Source: Fistulifera solaris (Eukaryota). Taken from it: a stretch of DNA of 64,000 nt. Made by a program: the position numbers and the translations under genes. Each line of letters opens with the position of its first letter. Positions within the stretch are counted from its first letter, which is position 1. Below, piece after piece: positions 25,020 through 37,796 of this stretch. Under the pieces are notes generated by a model that ran no database searches, was not told the DNA's origin, and saw only the letters and a list, made by a program, of their open reading frames with translations. The stretch is taken from assembly GCA_030295235.1 (NCBI GenBank), contig AP026147.1:124001-188000 (forward strand), given 5' to 3'.

Positions 25020-25081
25020 GCAACACGAGTTGAGCAATGTATGTGTTTGTTTATGTCGTGCAATTAGCCAATCTACTATCC

Positions 25082-26058
25082 TTAGGATTTCCCAAATATT
25101 TTGTTCAATCGATCTAAATCTTCATCGCTGGGCTTTCCGTAGCCAGGATCTTTCTTGTCGTCCGTGCTACCACCACCACCACCACCACTTGAAGATGGAC
25201 TACCACCATCGCCGCTCGGTTTTCGTGGAGTATCTTTTCTTCGTCGGGGAGGCTCATCTTCTTCGTCGTCGTCATCGTCATCCTCTTCATCGTCCTCCGC
25301 ATTCGTTTCATTGTTCTTTAATTTCTTCAATTCATCCGAGACATCCGAATCTTGTGTCGAACTGGTAATATTGAAATATTCCGCCTTTTGGGCTTCCAAT
25401 ATTTCCAAACCTTTTGCACGTACGCTTCTTCGCGTCGACGACGGTACCATTCTCGCACAATCAGTGTCCCGTACGTGGGCAGAAAGAAGGCGACGCCCAC
25501 TTTGAGGGTCAGTCCCTTGTGCTGGTTGGGTGATTGATACGTGGCGAACTGGCGTTTGGTGGCAGTGATTTTGGGGGCGTCGGTGGTCGTCGTTGTTTGG
25601 TCGAGAAGTAAATCATCATCATCGTCGTCATCTTCGATGTCACCGTAATCCAAGGACGGTTTCGTCGTTTTGGGAGTCGTCGTCGTCGTGGAAGGCGATG
25701 CTGTACGTTCGACAACAGGAAGATCACTCGCTTGCAAGGCACCTTCTTCCAACAGTTGTGCTTGCGTTTGCGTCATACCCGGCCGCAACGAATGGGTCAC
25801 TTCATTGCTGCGAGCCTGTACCGGCGACGCACGTGTCAAGGCCACGGCGACCGCGATGGGTCCTACTTTGCGTTGGAACCATTGCCGGATGCGTCGACGC
25901 CGACTGGGTGGTGGTTGTGGCGTCGCTCGTAATGCCGAACATGATTGCCTCGCAAGACTATTGGTGAACGGAATGTGTCGACGACATACGGGCGGTTGAA
26001 AACTATGTGAACGGAGTAATATGCCCGATAGCAAGAATGTGATGGTCGCCCAGTTCAT
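25082..26058 (-). CDS. Hypothetical plastid-targeted single-pass membrane protein with acidic tail (frameshift near 25411)
   Basis: Signal peptide ending SHS-FQP; ORFs 25327-26058 and 25082-25450 join at YVQK/GLEILE. Confidence 0.65.
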
Positions 26059-26620
26059 GATGGCGAATGGATTGTGTTCTGTGTGTGATACGCCGACGAG
26101 AGATACGCTGTGGGCGCTGTTCTGTTTCTTTGTTGAGTATGAGTACTGGGGACGTCTCTCACAATCTTACGACTCTATTGTTTGTGTTACTAAATTATTA
26201 TGCGAAGTGATGTATCTCGCGTCGTCATCGTCGCGACTTGAATGTTTTTGGCGTTGCGGTTGATTGATGATCTATTCGTCGGCATGTGTTCGCTCCACGT
26301 GTCACGGGTCACGGACGGGGCGTCTGTCGCAGTGAAAACCGCTTTTGATGGAATGACCTCAGTGAGGAGTCATTTGTCAATTGACTATGACTTACGAAGT
26401 ATACTACCCGGCACTGATTACTACAAGTTAGATATTACTCGTGAGACAGTCTTTGTTTTACTTTTAGTTAACTACATACCGGTACGAACCTAAAGAAGTG
26501 TGATAATACTACGTACTATACGTAGAGCAACAAACGCAAACACAAAAACAAAACGTTTGATTGTCGTCTTCTTCTTCTAGTCTATTTTGAAAATATTTAA
26601 TTTCTTTCTTATACACAACC

Positions 26621-28907
26621 ATGGGCAACGCAGCAACCTCACTGCCCTACGCCATTGGTAATCCTGTATCGACTACAAAAGACGGCTGGGCGTTGCACGT
26701 CGGATCGCGCAAATCGGACAATGCCGCCGTCTCGGTCTTTGTGGCCAAAAAGCCGGCACTGCAAAAAGCGTCACAATTGACACCCGCCTTGCATCATTTT
26801 CATCATTGCAAACGACTACGACATCCGCATATATTACAAGTCTACGCAACATTAGATACCGACAATCCGACCGAACAAGGTAGTGCACCGCCAACGACGA
26901 AAACCACCGAGACGGGTGATTTGATTGTCGTCACCGAACCGTGCATACCACTCGAAGCGTGGCTACAAACCCGTCCCCCACCGGAACAAGTGGCGTGGGG
27001 GTTAGAGTCCGTCGTAAGAGCGTTGCATTTTTACACGCGTCCGCGAATTTGGCCCACGGCAATGTATCACCGCAATCCTTTTACGTCACGCCCGCAGGGG
27101 ATGTCAAATTGTGGAATTTTTCACTAGTGACAACCATCGAAGACGGACAATTGTCACGGCACTTCAAGGAATGGGAAGGACGGCTCACACCGCAGCCGTA
27201 CCGGAGTCCGGAACGACACGAAAATCGATGGGATGCCTTGGCGGCCGCCGGAATTCACGCCATGGATACGTACAGTGTCGCCGTACTCGTTAGTGACTTT
27301 TTGGTGGAACCATACCCACGCCGTTGGTAAAAGCCTGTCAACGAATGCAAACGCCCAACCTCAAACTGCGACCGCGATTACAACCACTGCTGAAATGTCC
27401 CCTCTTTGATACACCCTATCAGAAATTGCAACTGCAATTGGAAGAATTTACCGTCCAACCGGTCGAACAAAAAATTGCTTTTTGGCAAAATTTGACGCCG
27501 TCCATGCAAGCCGGATTGTTGCCACAAGAATTGGCCGTGTACAAATTGTTGCCCATCATTCAACAAACCATTACGACCTTGTGTCAAAGCGATGCCCTCA
27601 AAAGTCAAGACATGTACCGGAGAGAAGGTACGTATTTGTGGAGTTGTTTTTGTTCCGTTGACTGAAAACATTTCTTTGTGCCTTACCCCCCTTGTTGACT
27701 CTTAGTACTTGCCACCATCCCGCCTTTATTCTTTATTGCGGAAGCGTATTTGGGAAACAAGACCAGTCAGGAACTAGGACCCATGGTCGCCATTTTATTC
27801 GAAATGAACGATCGGGCGATTCGTGGGTCATTGTTGCAGAAAACTGCGTTCCTGCTGCAGCATTTGGACAATCAAATGCTGAATCAATCAGTGTTTGGGC
27901 CCGCGTGTGGTGGTTTCTCGGACAGTAGTCCCACTTTGCGCGAATTGACCTTAAAGGCCACCGTAGAAATTATGCCCAAATTGACACAGCCCAATTTGGA
28001 AAAGTTATCGCGCTATTTGGTCCGACTCCAAAGTGATCCAGAGCAAGGGATTCGGACGAATACGGTCATTGTATTTGGCAAGCTGGCGCCTTTTCTGACC
28101 GAAGTGTCTCGTCAGAAACTGCTGTTGCCCGCATTTGCTCGTGCCTTGAAAGATCCGTTTATTCCGTGCCGGCTGTCGGCACTAAAATGCTTGTTGAAAG
28201 TGAAACAGTTCTTCACCCCGGCGGAGATTGCCGGAAAAGTATTACCGGCAGTGTCACCTTTCTTGCTCGATGGATCCAAAGATGTTCGTAAAGAAGCTTT
28301 TCTCGTGCTAGATGATTTCCTGTTTTCGTTAAAACAAGAAAGTGAGAAAATGGGAGACGCCAAACCAATGCCGGCTCCCGGGCAGGTAGCACCCCAAGCT
28401 CCGCCGCCGCAACCAAAGGCCGCGGCGCCAGTCGCTCCTGCTCCCAGTTCCGGAGGATATTTATCCGGATTGTCGTCTTGGGTGACATCTTCCGCCAAAC
28501 CAACCGAGCCACCGCCAGTTGCTGCACCCCAACCGGTGGCTCCACATCCGCCTCCACGATCCGCTCCGCCGCCGCAAACCGTCGCGTCCTTGCAAATCAA
28601 CGATATTGACTTATCGGATGGATGGGGAGATGAAGATGATGCGCTCGATCAAATTAAAACCGAGATTTCTCCCGTCGCACAGGCCAAAATTCAATTTGTA
28701 TCGCCACCGCCACTTCCTCCGGCACCGGGCGGCGAGGATGACTTTTTTGGAAGTTTTAATGCTAGCAAGCCAGCTGTCAAGTCGTCTTTGGGAATGCCCA
28801 AAGGCAAATTAGCTGTCCCGAAACAATCTATCTCCTTAGCACCCAAACCGGCTATAAAAAAGCTCTCTGTGGATGACGACATGGAAGACGGATGGGACGA
28901 TTTTTAA
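26621..28907 (+). CDS. SCYL1: SCY1-like pseudokinase with HEAT repeats; intron 27629-27706, frameshifts near 27030 and 27300
   Basis: MGN start, KRLRHPHIL, GFSDSSPTLRELTLK, IRTNT, RALKDPF, C-terminal DGWDDF. Confidence 0.88.
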
Positions 28908-29096
28908 AAGTAATTATATAAATGTTACAAAATAAATTTCATTGGCAATTCTTCTTTGGCTTCTGACTCCTCTGTATCTGAGTAATCTATTATCGAACTC
29001 AAACAAACACCTGGGGCCAAAGGGTGGAGTGAAGTCATCCATTTTTGAACATGTTCATCGGTTTTTCATTATACATGAAGTATGGGAGCGGCAGTC

Positions 29097-30563
29097 TCAA
29101 ACTGTTTCCTGTATTATTCCTCCATGTGAATCAGGCATCCTACTTGCCACATCCGGGCAATCGCCTTGCGTGGATTCTATCGTTGCTTCAGGAGTAGCGA
29201 CTCCTCTTTCAACCTCGGAAAGTAAGGGCTCCGTCAACATTTCAGCTACAGACTCTTCGACCAGTGGAGGCGGTGATGATCGCGACGAGACGATTCTCCT
29301 CCACCAAGAGGGCTGACGTTCGGTTTCATCCGTGTTCTCATTATGCATCAAAGCAGATGTTGTATCTGCCACTCCTACTTGCTCAATTGCATCCGTGCGA
29401 CCATGAAATAATCGTCCCCACCATCCTTCGTTCGCAATTTGTGTGGATGCTCCGACAGGATGGCTTGTCTCGACCGAGTCTTCCTCTTCCTCCTCTTCGG
29501 GAAGTAACTCAATTTTACACAAGGGGCAGGTCGCTGATCGTTCCGAAAGCCACTTCCCGATGCAGTTCGCATGAAACGCGTGCTTGCAAGGCAAACAACG
29601 GAGCTTGTTCCCCGTCTCGTAGTCATCGAGACAAATGGCACAACAGTCCATTTCCTGCTGGTCCGGAAGGATCGGAATTTCGGACTCCAGCGTAGGACCG
29701 CCATCTTCTACAATGAGCTCCAAGGAATGCGCCTCGGCATCGTACAAGTACTTGGGCAACAACTCCCGGACCTGTTCGCGCGTGAGCCGACGACGCGTCG
29801 GACGCTGTTGCGCCGCGTGACGCGCTTGATCTTCGGCTTCAGCCCATCGATTACTGTTCAAGATCAGCATGAATGAACACAAACAGGCACTGAGTAACGA
29901 GACGAGAGAAAGAACGAGGGCACCGGTATCGCCATCCATGGTCCGGGAATCCAACGAAATACGTGGTCCGCCCATTTTTCGCATTTCACTGGATTGCTTC
30001 TGAATCAGTTCGTAGATCATTTCGGAGACTGTTCGTTGCGAGACTCGTACTATATAGAGAGGAATGTCACCCTCCCGTGGATCGCGGCGTCGTGAGATCC
30101 AGGTGTCCCCCGAAAAGATGGCTTTTTTCAAGCTATTCGGCAACAGCGCAGCGGCTAATTCTGATAGTACCAATTCCTCGTCGTCCACCTCCTCTTCTTC
30201 CTGATCCAGCGCGCTGTGTCGGCTGTTCCCCACAATCAAATAACGAACGACGTTGTTGGGTGACACATGCTGCAACGCCGTGTCGACTTTGTCTTGCAAC
30301 GAACAACCTCCTCCACCTTGGACTAACAGCGCCACCGGTAAACCATCGGACGGTGTAATGATGTTGTATTCTGTATTCGAAGGACACAGATACGGATTCT
30401 CTTCGATATACTGCAACCGACCCATATATTCGTACCCACGCCAGAACTGTTTGCACGGAAGTTCGTTTTCGGGTTGCGATCGAAACCGTCGTCCCGTTTG
30501 CATGTCGGTAATTTCTCCGCGGGTTACGCCGAGAAGTATGGCGCACCAGATAAGGCTTTTCAT
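29097..30563 (-). CDS. Signal peptide + PA-like domain + TM + RING-H2 E3 ligase (RNF13/RMR-like architecture)
   Basis: CAICLDDY...LPCKHAFHANCIGKWL...CPLCK; GGCSLQDKV PA-like segment; TM helix; start MKSLIW. Confidence 0.85.
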   Translation of the reverse strand: MKSLIWCAILLGVTRGEITDMQTGRRFRSQPENELPCKQFWRGYEYMGRLQYIEENPYLCPSNTEYNIITPSDGLPVALLVQGGGGCSLQDKVDTALQHVSPNNVVRYLIVGNSRHSALDQEEEEVDDEELVLSELAAALLPNSLKKAIFSGDTWISRRRDPREGDIPLYIVRVSQRTVSEMIYELIQKQSSEMRKMGGPRISLDSRTMDGDTGALVLSLVSLLSACLCSFMLILNSNRWAEAEDQARHAAQQRPTRRRLTREQVRELLPKYLYDAEAHSLELIVEDGGPTLESEIPILPDQQEMDCCAICLDDYETGNKLRCLPCKHAFHANCIGKWLSERSATCPLCKIELLPEEEEEEDSVETSHPVGASTQIANEGWWGRLFHGRTDAIEQVGVADTTSALMHNENTDETERQPSWWRRIVSSRSSPPPLVEESVAEMLTEPLLSEVERGVATPEATIESTQGDCPDVASRMPDSHGGIIQETV

Positions 30564-30881
30564 TGTTGATATACAAGTAGAAGAGTCAGTAACAATAGAA
30601 TCAAAGAAGCAAAAGTGACTTTCGTCACGCTGCTTTAGCTTCATCAAACGGAACAGCGGTGCGCGAGGAGTCTTGCGAGACGCAGAGAACCGTTTGCTTT
30701 TTTCGATGCTTCTTGACTGTATGGCGAAGTGTACAATAAGCCGCAGAAGGAGCCGCCACGCATGACGTCACCATCGGCACTCAAATCAGCCATGACCAGC
30801 AGACAGACGACTCTAGAGGATGATGATGATCTTCTAAATTCATTAACGGACGTCCATAACCTTATTTCTTATCTTCTGTAT

Positions 30882-33874
30882 TTATTCACTCTTAGCTTTC
30901 TGTTCCACCTGATCGACAAATTTCAAATCACCCACTTGCGTTTGTGCAAAGTCCGCCTTGCCACCACCTTTGCCGCCCGTGCCTTCGGTAACGGCAGCGA
31001 CCCACTTTTGGCAATCGACAACTCCCTTGGGAGAAAAGGCCACGACGGAAAATTTATCCACATCCACCGCAATGAGCATCAGGGCCTTGTCGGTGACTTT
31101 CTTGCCAAACGCCTGGGCCACGGACTTGGCCGTTTTGCCATCCATCGCCAAATCGACGCGGAGTACCACCTTGGACCCCGCCGTCGTCCCCGCCAACGCC
31201 ACCGCCTGGTTGACAATTTCATCGGCCATACCCGCCACCTTTTGTTTCTTGTAGGCAACGACGGCTTTGGACAGTTCTTGCAACTTTTCTCGGAATTCAA
31301 TCTTGCGAATAGCGGATACGTTGAGACCATCCAATTCGGTCGACAACACTTTTACGGCAGGTTCCAAAACATCCCCTTGCAACGTTTCGGCGTTCCTCAA
31401 CTTATCGGCAAACGAATCGGCCAACGCCATGCATTTCTTGGCATCGTCCATAGTGACACCGACAATGCGTCGCACACCTTTGGCGATACCTTCTTCCGAA
31501 AGCAAGACGAATGCTTCCGCCTCGGATGTGTTGGTCAAGTGAGTGCCGCCGCAAAACTCGACACTGTATTCATTCCAGACAGCATCTTGAGGGTTCGCGA
31601 GCATATCCGTGACAGGCTGGTCGGCGACTGCGACGACTCGAACGGGATCCGGATACTTTTCACCGAAAACGGCGCGTAACGAAGAAATCTTTTCCGCATC
31701 GGGCAAGGGGGCGACGTAACAGTCCACAGGAACTTTACGGTCGATGAAGCTGACGCAGTGTTCCTCCACTTTCTTGAGCTGTTCCGGTGTCAGTCCACCA
31801 TTCCACGAGAAATCAAAACGCAACTTTGTCTCGTCTACCAAACTGCCCTTTTGCTCAACTGTCATGCTTTCATCGTTCACCAAGACAGCACGAAGCGCGT
31901 GGTTCAGGACGTGTGTCATGGTGTGATTAGATGCAATGAGCTGACGACGCACATAATCGACTTCACAGGTGACGCTATCGTTCACTGATACGGTTCCTTG
32001 TTCGACCACGCCAATGTGCAAGACGAACTTCCCATACAGTTGCACGTTCTGCACTTTGACTACGGCGCCACTCGTCGTTTTGAGGAAACCCGTGTCATTG
32101 ATCTGTCCACCCTGTTCGGCATAAAAACTAGTCTGATTCAAAATGACACCAATCGTACTACTTTCGGGAGTAATGACATCCACAAACCCAATTTTGTCTT
32201 CGGTTTCATTGCGACCCAGGAAAAGAGCTTCCACTTTGCAATTTTCCAAAGGTTGATTCCACACGTACTTGGGAGAATCATCGGTCGACGGTACATTCTT
32301 GCTGACCAAGTGAGCCGTCTGTTCCGCGACCATTCGCATGTCCTTTCCGCTATCGCCGGCCATCTTGGCGAGGTGTGCTGCCGCACTCAATTCTTGTTCT
32401 TGCTTCATGCGCGCTTCAAAGCCAGCAACGTCAACTTTCAGCCCACGTTCTTCGGCCATGAGCTCGGTCAGGTCAAAGGGGAAACCCATGGTCGTGTATA
32501 AATAGTGCGCGTCTTCACCGGGAAAGACACCATCCGTGCATTTTTCGGCCAATTCCTGGAATTTCTGCAAGCCCTTGTCGATGGTTCGACTGAATGACTC
32601 TTCTTCTTCTCGAATGACTTGCGTCACGCGCAATTCTTTCTCTTTCAGTTCTGGAAATACGTCACCCATCAGTTCAATCAATGTGGGGACCAATTTTGAA
32701 AAGAATCCCAATTCCGCGTTGAGATTCTGTCGACCGTATCGTACCGCTCGACGCAAGACACGACGAAGAACATAACCACGTCCATCGTTCGAAGGAGTCG
32801 CCCCATCCGCAATGGCAAAGCACAAAGTTCGAATGTGATCGGCCACGACACGGTACGCCATGTCAATGAATTCGGGATCTTCTTTGCCAATCTTGCCCTG
32901 ATAGGGCCGAGCTCCCGTTTCGCGTTGAATGGCGGCAAAGAGGGGCAAGAAGATATCCGTGTCGTAATTGCTATCGACGTTTTGCAAAATACTAGTGAGT
33001 CGTTCAAATCCCATCCCCGTGTCCACATGCTGTGCCGGAAGAGGACGAAGTGAACCATCCGCCTCTCGATTGTATTGAATGAATACATTGTTCCAAATTT
33101 CAATGACATCCGGCAGATCGGCATTCACCAGCTTGGCGGCATCACGCCCGCCGATACGATCGTAATGAATTTCCTGTAACGACAAAAACATTAAGTCAGC
33201 GGCGTGACAGAAAAGAGTATTCATGACATGACAACACACGTACCGTACAAGGCCCACAGGGTCCCGTCGCCCCCATTTCCCAAAAATTGTCCTTGGCGTC
33301 AAAGGGCAACACACGATTCTCGGGCAAATACTTGAGCCAAATATCCCGGGCTTCCGTATCGCACGGAGTCTGTTCATCTCCACCAAAATACGTCGCGTAC
33401 AAACGATTGGGATCCAACTGGTAGACTTCCGTCAAACATTTCCACGCCAAATCGATGGCTTCTTCTTTGAAATAATCACCGAACGACCAGTTGCCCAACA
33501 TTTCAAAGAAGGTATGATGATAAACATCTTTGCCGACATCATCTAAATCATTGTGCTTTCCTCCGGCGCGGATGCACTTTTGACTGTTCACGGCGCGTTT
33601 CAAGGAAGCCATTTCCAAATTGGGGTCGCACGTTCCTGCCGACAGTGTGTGAGACCTGGAATTTCCGTACGCACACTGCGCCACAAGACTTACCCAAAAA
33701 GAGAGGCTTGTATTGATTCATGCCCGCATTCGTAAAGAGCAACGTCGGATCATCGACCGGAACACACGGCGAAGACGGCCAGAAAGTGTGCCCGTTCGCT
33801 TGGAAGAATTCAAAGAAGGTCGTACGCACTTTGGCCATGGGCCATTTGAGTTCTTTCGTTTCTTCGGAAGTCAT
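30882..33874 (-). CDS. AARS: Cytosolic alanyl-tRNA synthetase; introns 33636-33693 and 33174-33243
   Basis: [40 protein letters not shown], editing-site NHTMTH and EFCGGTH, C-terminal GKGGG. Confidence 0.97.
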
Positions 33875-34280
33875 TTTGTTTATTGAAGAAAAGAAAGAAG
33901 ATTAATAAGGAATGCGACTCGAATGCTTTCGTTCGTTCGTTTTGTCGTCGCCGACGATGCGTGTTGCGACGCGAGAAACAAAAGTTCAACCGCATCCACG
34001 GAAAAATGTGCGGCGCGGATGGAAGGACTGCATTCAGTATAAAGCTGGGTGTAACCAAACCGGTTATAAACACGTTGTATACTTAACATATACGACACGG
34101 TCGTCCGATGCTTCCGACAACAGGTTATGAGGTCAACATTTCGACCGTTCATAAAACATGGACGCGATCGCGATCTCGCATCGTCGTTTGTTTTACTTTT
34201 TGATAACCAAGAGAGACGGCTGGAAACATAATTGTCTCGATTCTTATCATCGTGCTTGTTTGAAGAACTAAAAAGTCATC

Positions 34281-35878
34281 ATGTCAGATACAGAGGACGA
34301 CAAAGTAGCGACGGAAGAAGAGAAGGAAGAAGTTACGGATCTTTCCGATAGGTACGTAAAGGCAGGTTGAGGTTCCCATTGGGGCGATGCGGCTCTCTCA
34401 CTTGTCACAACACAAACAGCGATGTCTGCACGAAATACCAAGAAGCCGCCAAGATTGTCAATCTCGCTCTGCAGGGATTGGTATCGCAATGCGTTCCCGG
34501 CGCCAGTGTTTTGGATTTGTGTGAATTCGGACACACCGTCATCCACACGCAAGCCCAAAAACTCTTTACCAAAAAAAGTCGATGGACGCAGTATCGATCG
34601 GGGTGTCGCGTTCCCGGTTTGCATATCGGTGAATGATGTGGTTTGTAACTTTAGTCCTTTGCCGACGGACGAAACGGTGAGTTCCTTGTTCGTCAACGTC
34701 ATCCTTTTTCGTCCTGTCTCGGTCACTATCAAGTGCGAAACGAATGTATGCTGTCGTTTCCTTTTATAAGGAAACCGGTATACTGTGACCCTCGTACAGA
34801 CCCTTGGCAAAACGGCAGGTATAGAAACGCACAGGTAGTTGATCTCGTTTGAGTTGACTCTTCGAAAGATTGTCCTTGAATCGACGATCCTGCTTGCATT
34901 GGAAGGGCTTTCTCATCCGATACTGGAGTGTTTTTCACTCGAGACCCTCTGTTATCATGGTTGCATGCTCTATTGGAAGGTGCCTCACCCACATTACTAA
35001 TATTACTACAGGCCCCTCTCAAAGCGGGAGATGTCGTCAAGATGGATTTGGGATGCCACATTGATGGATACATTGCGGTGGCGGCGCATACGTGTGTTGT
35101 GCCCGCAGCACCGGATGCTCCTCCCACGGTCGAAAAGGAAGATACGGGAAAGGTTGCAGTCGCGGCTTACAATGCCATGTTGGTGGCGGCGGCCGCCATT
35201 TCGGCCGGTGCGAAAAACACGGATGTCACGGCGGCCGTGGAGCGTGTCGCGAAAGCCTACGGGGTCACTCCCATTCATTCCGTGCGCATGCACCAAATGA
35301 AACGTTATGTACTCGATGGCGTCAAGGAAGTGGCCTTGAAAGCACCCAGTCCGGACGATGACATGGAAGAGAAGTTGCCGGAGTGCACATTTGAACAGTT
35401 TGAAGTGTATGCGGTGGATGTGGCGATGAGTACGGGAGATGGCAATGCTCGTCCGGGGGACTTGCGCACGACCATCTACAAGCGCAACGTGGAGCAGCAG
35501 TATTCACTCAAGGTACAAGCGAGTCGTGGTCTGCTGGCAGATGTGGACAAGAACTTCCCCACATTACCCTTTACAATGAGACATTTACAAGACTTGCGCC
35601 GGGCTCGCTTGGGATTGCCGGAATGTGTGTCACACGGTCTTCTGACACCCTATCCCGCCTTGCACGATCATTCCGGTGTCGTCGCCCACTTCAAATGCAC
35701 CGTCCTATTGCTCCCTTCCGGAAATACCCGAGTCACTGGATTAGATCTACCCGGATATTTCACAACCACTGTGGAACCAGATGCTGACACTGCCACAGTT
35801 CTCAAACAACTCGAAGAGGAAGCTGCCAAGAAGGCTGCACGAAAGGCTGCCAAGAAGAATAAGAAGTCGAAAAAATAA
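34281..35878 (+). CDS. PA2G4: PA2G4/EBP1 (M24-fold ribosome-associated protein); introns 34352-34419 and 34677-35011, frameshift in A-run near 34575
   Basis: TKYQEAAKIVN, GVAFPVCISVN, DLGCHIDGYIA, FEVYAVDVAMSTG, Lys-rich tail. Confidence 0.92.
34745..34996 (+). ncRNA. Candidate intronic box H/ACA snoRNA (5' boundary uncertain)
   Basis: Multiple hairpins; ACA at 34991-34993 before branch point; 3' hairpin pocket UUUCUCA (34909-34915) / AGGUGC (34978-34983) complementary to 18S GCACCU-UA-UGAGAAA; possible H box ATAGAA 34821-34826. Confidence 0.65.
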
Positions 35879-36073
35879 GCGGAGTGACAGGTATTTTTAT
35901 TGAAATCTTTATCACTCTAACGAATGGCGGATAGAAATAAAAAGGCGATTAACAATGGAGACGTTACAAGCTTATGTTGTAGACACTCTTCAAGTTACAA
36001 TACATGCGCGTTTTGGGGAATTACACGAGAAATGATTACAACTTGGACGTCAAGCTATGCGAGATCACCGAGA

Positions 36074-36850
36074 TCATAAATCAGTGCGACAAAAGGGGAT
36101 GATTACTATTGTGGGCTTGCGCCTAGTATGAGGCGTAAAAGTGAATCCGTGAATGATTGTTGATCGTGAATGAATCGCGACGATCCTCAAAGCTTTCGCT
36201 TTTTGTTGAGGAGTAAACGGGCCCGACAGGACACAGAAAATAGTAGGTCTTGCGATAGCAACTTCTAACGTATTCAGCGCCGCAATTGTATGACTAACAT
36301 CATTGACATACATCTTATGCCACGTCTTCATCGACTTATGAGCACCACCATAAATCGTAAAGATATGTCGTGAAACTCTTCCCATGGTGATTAAAGCAAG
36401 CTCAACATCATTTAACGAAGCTAAAATCTCGGGCTCTCTTCCGATGGGAATATTGACAATTGATTTTTGTGGCTTTACTTCTCAGGCTCTCTTCCGATGG
36501 GAATATTGACAATTGATTTTTGTGGCTTTACTTTTGACTTATGACATGAATTACATATTGATAGATTTAAAGATTGATTTTTCCTTTCAAAGCACGTTCG
36601 TGGGGATATAATAACTTTAGATAGTAACCTTCTTTCTTCCGTAGATAGTCTTGACGTAATATCTGCAGGAACCTGATACTCTCTCTTGAAAAATGGAACT
36701 GGTACATCTAACGAAGAATCAGGCGTAAACCAATTCCTTTCTGATAAGGCCTTCAAAGATATCGTAGCTGCATTTCGATGATCTAGTTGCGTGTTGCAAA
36801 TGCAGCACGCTTTCTTTTAGCAACCACAGACGCACCATCCATATCTACAA
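36074..36850 (-). mobile_element. Degenerate Helitron-associated coding fragment (CxxC...CxxC plus DUF6570-like region)
   Basis: Pieces read CCICNT...IISPR...ICNSCH...IVNIPIGREPEILASLNDVELALI...RHIFTIYGGAHKSM, resembling the region N-terminal to Helitron Rep-Hel domains; disrupted and low GC. Confidence 0.5.
36428..36533. repeat. 53-bp tandem duplication (36428-36480 / 36481-36533)
   Basis: One mismatch; non-triplet length breaks the remnant ORF. Confidence 0.93.
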
Positions 36851-36960
36851 ACAGAGACTTCGCGCGCTTCGTCTTCACCGCTTCTCGGATTCTATTTTTC
36901 TTGGTAGAGCTGATCATAATACTCGCGGTCTAAATCCAAAAACGTTGAAATCGAAGTTAT

Positions 36961-37056
36961 CGCACGATTCCGGATCACATGCAATGATGTTACGGCATGA
37001 ATAGATGAAAGCGAACGCACGATTCCGGATCACATGCAATGATGTTACGGCATGAA
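36961..37056. repeat. 41-bp perfect direct repeat with 55-bp period
   Basis: cgcacgattccggatcacatgcaatgatgttacggcatgaa at 36961 and 37016. Confidence 0.93.
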
Positions 37057-37653
37057 CACGATACGCGACGGTTGCGGCGAAAAAACAAAAACCAGAGAAC
37101 ATCGAAATGAATGTGAAGATCGCATGGATCACGGATCACGGAAGCCGCAAAGAAGAAAGAAACAAAACTCAGTAGGAAATAGGCTAAATTCATATTGTAT
37201 TTATTAAATAGAAATAGTCATTGCTAACATCTCCTTTACAATACGGAATATAAAGTTAGAAGCTATAGGCTACTTTTCATCAGAGACTACATGTTTCTAC
37301 GCTGTCATGATCAAATTAAGACGATACTAGATAGGCTGTTTCTTGTTCTTTCAAATAATTTAGCTGTCTATTTTAATACAAAATAGTAATCTTCTTAAAA
37401 ATGACCGCAATTGACTATACTTCTTCTAAGTAGTCGAAAAAACCTTGCCCGATTTTTTTAGTACCTTCTGAACTATAGTAAATAGCCTAAAAATAGCCTG
37501 AAAAATAATGATGACTTCAAAAACCTCACCCCCCAAACCCCCCCTTCATCATCGAGCCGGTACACCAAAACGAAACGTTTCACTTTTTCGGATTACTTGT
37601 ACAGTACCTTTTACAGTACTCCGGCACCGGTATTATTTTTTGTCAACCTCAAA

Positions 37654-37796
37654 TCTATCTATCTATCTATCTATCTATAATAGCGCGCTGTGTCCGTGTG
37701 TGTGTGTGTGTCACGTAACGTAACGCGCTCCCGGGTGTCTGAATCACGGGTGTGACGTTATCCCCGGGGATCGAGCCCCCGCTTGCGGCGGGCTAG
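37654..37796 (+). mobile_element. 143-bp non-autonomous mini-Helitron
   Basis: A|TC start with (TCTA)n and (GT)n microsatellites, GC hairpin 37776-37793, terminal CTAG followed by T; no TSD. Confidence 0.7.

Noticed and set aside
33880..34152. Upstream ORF as an organelle-targeting extension of AlaRS
   Set aside because: Ends in a stop before the AlaRS ATG, has no signal-peptide character and no clear splice path.
34745..34996. Intronic RNA as U17/snR30, RNase P/MRP or a TPP riboswitch
   Set aside because: I did not find the m1/m2 motifs, P4 consensus or TPP aptamer core.
36961..37056. Direct repeats resembling a CRISPR array
   Set aside because: Only two 41-bp units with a 14-bp gap, eukaryotic context, no cas genes.
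37180..37510. AT-rich tract as a diatom centromere
   Set aside because: Only ~330 bp and embedded among transposon remnants; insufficient evidence.
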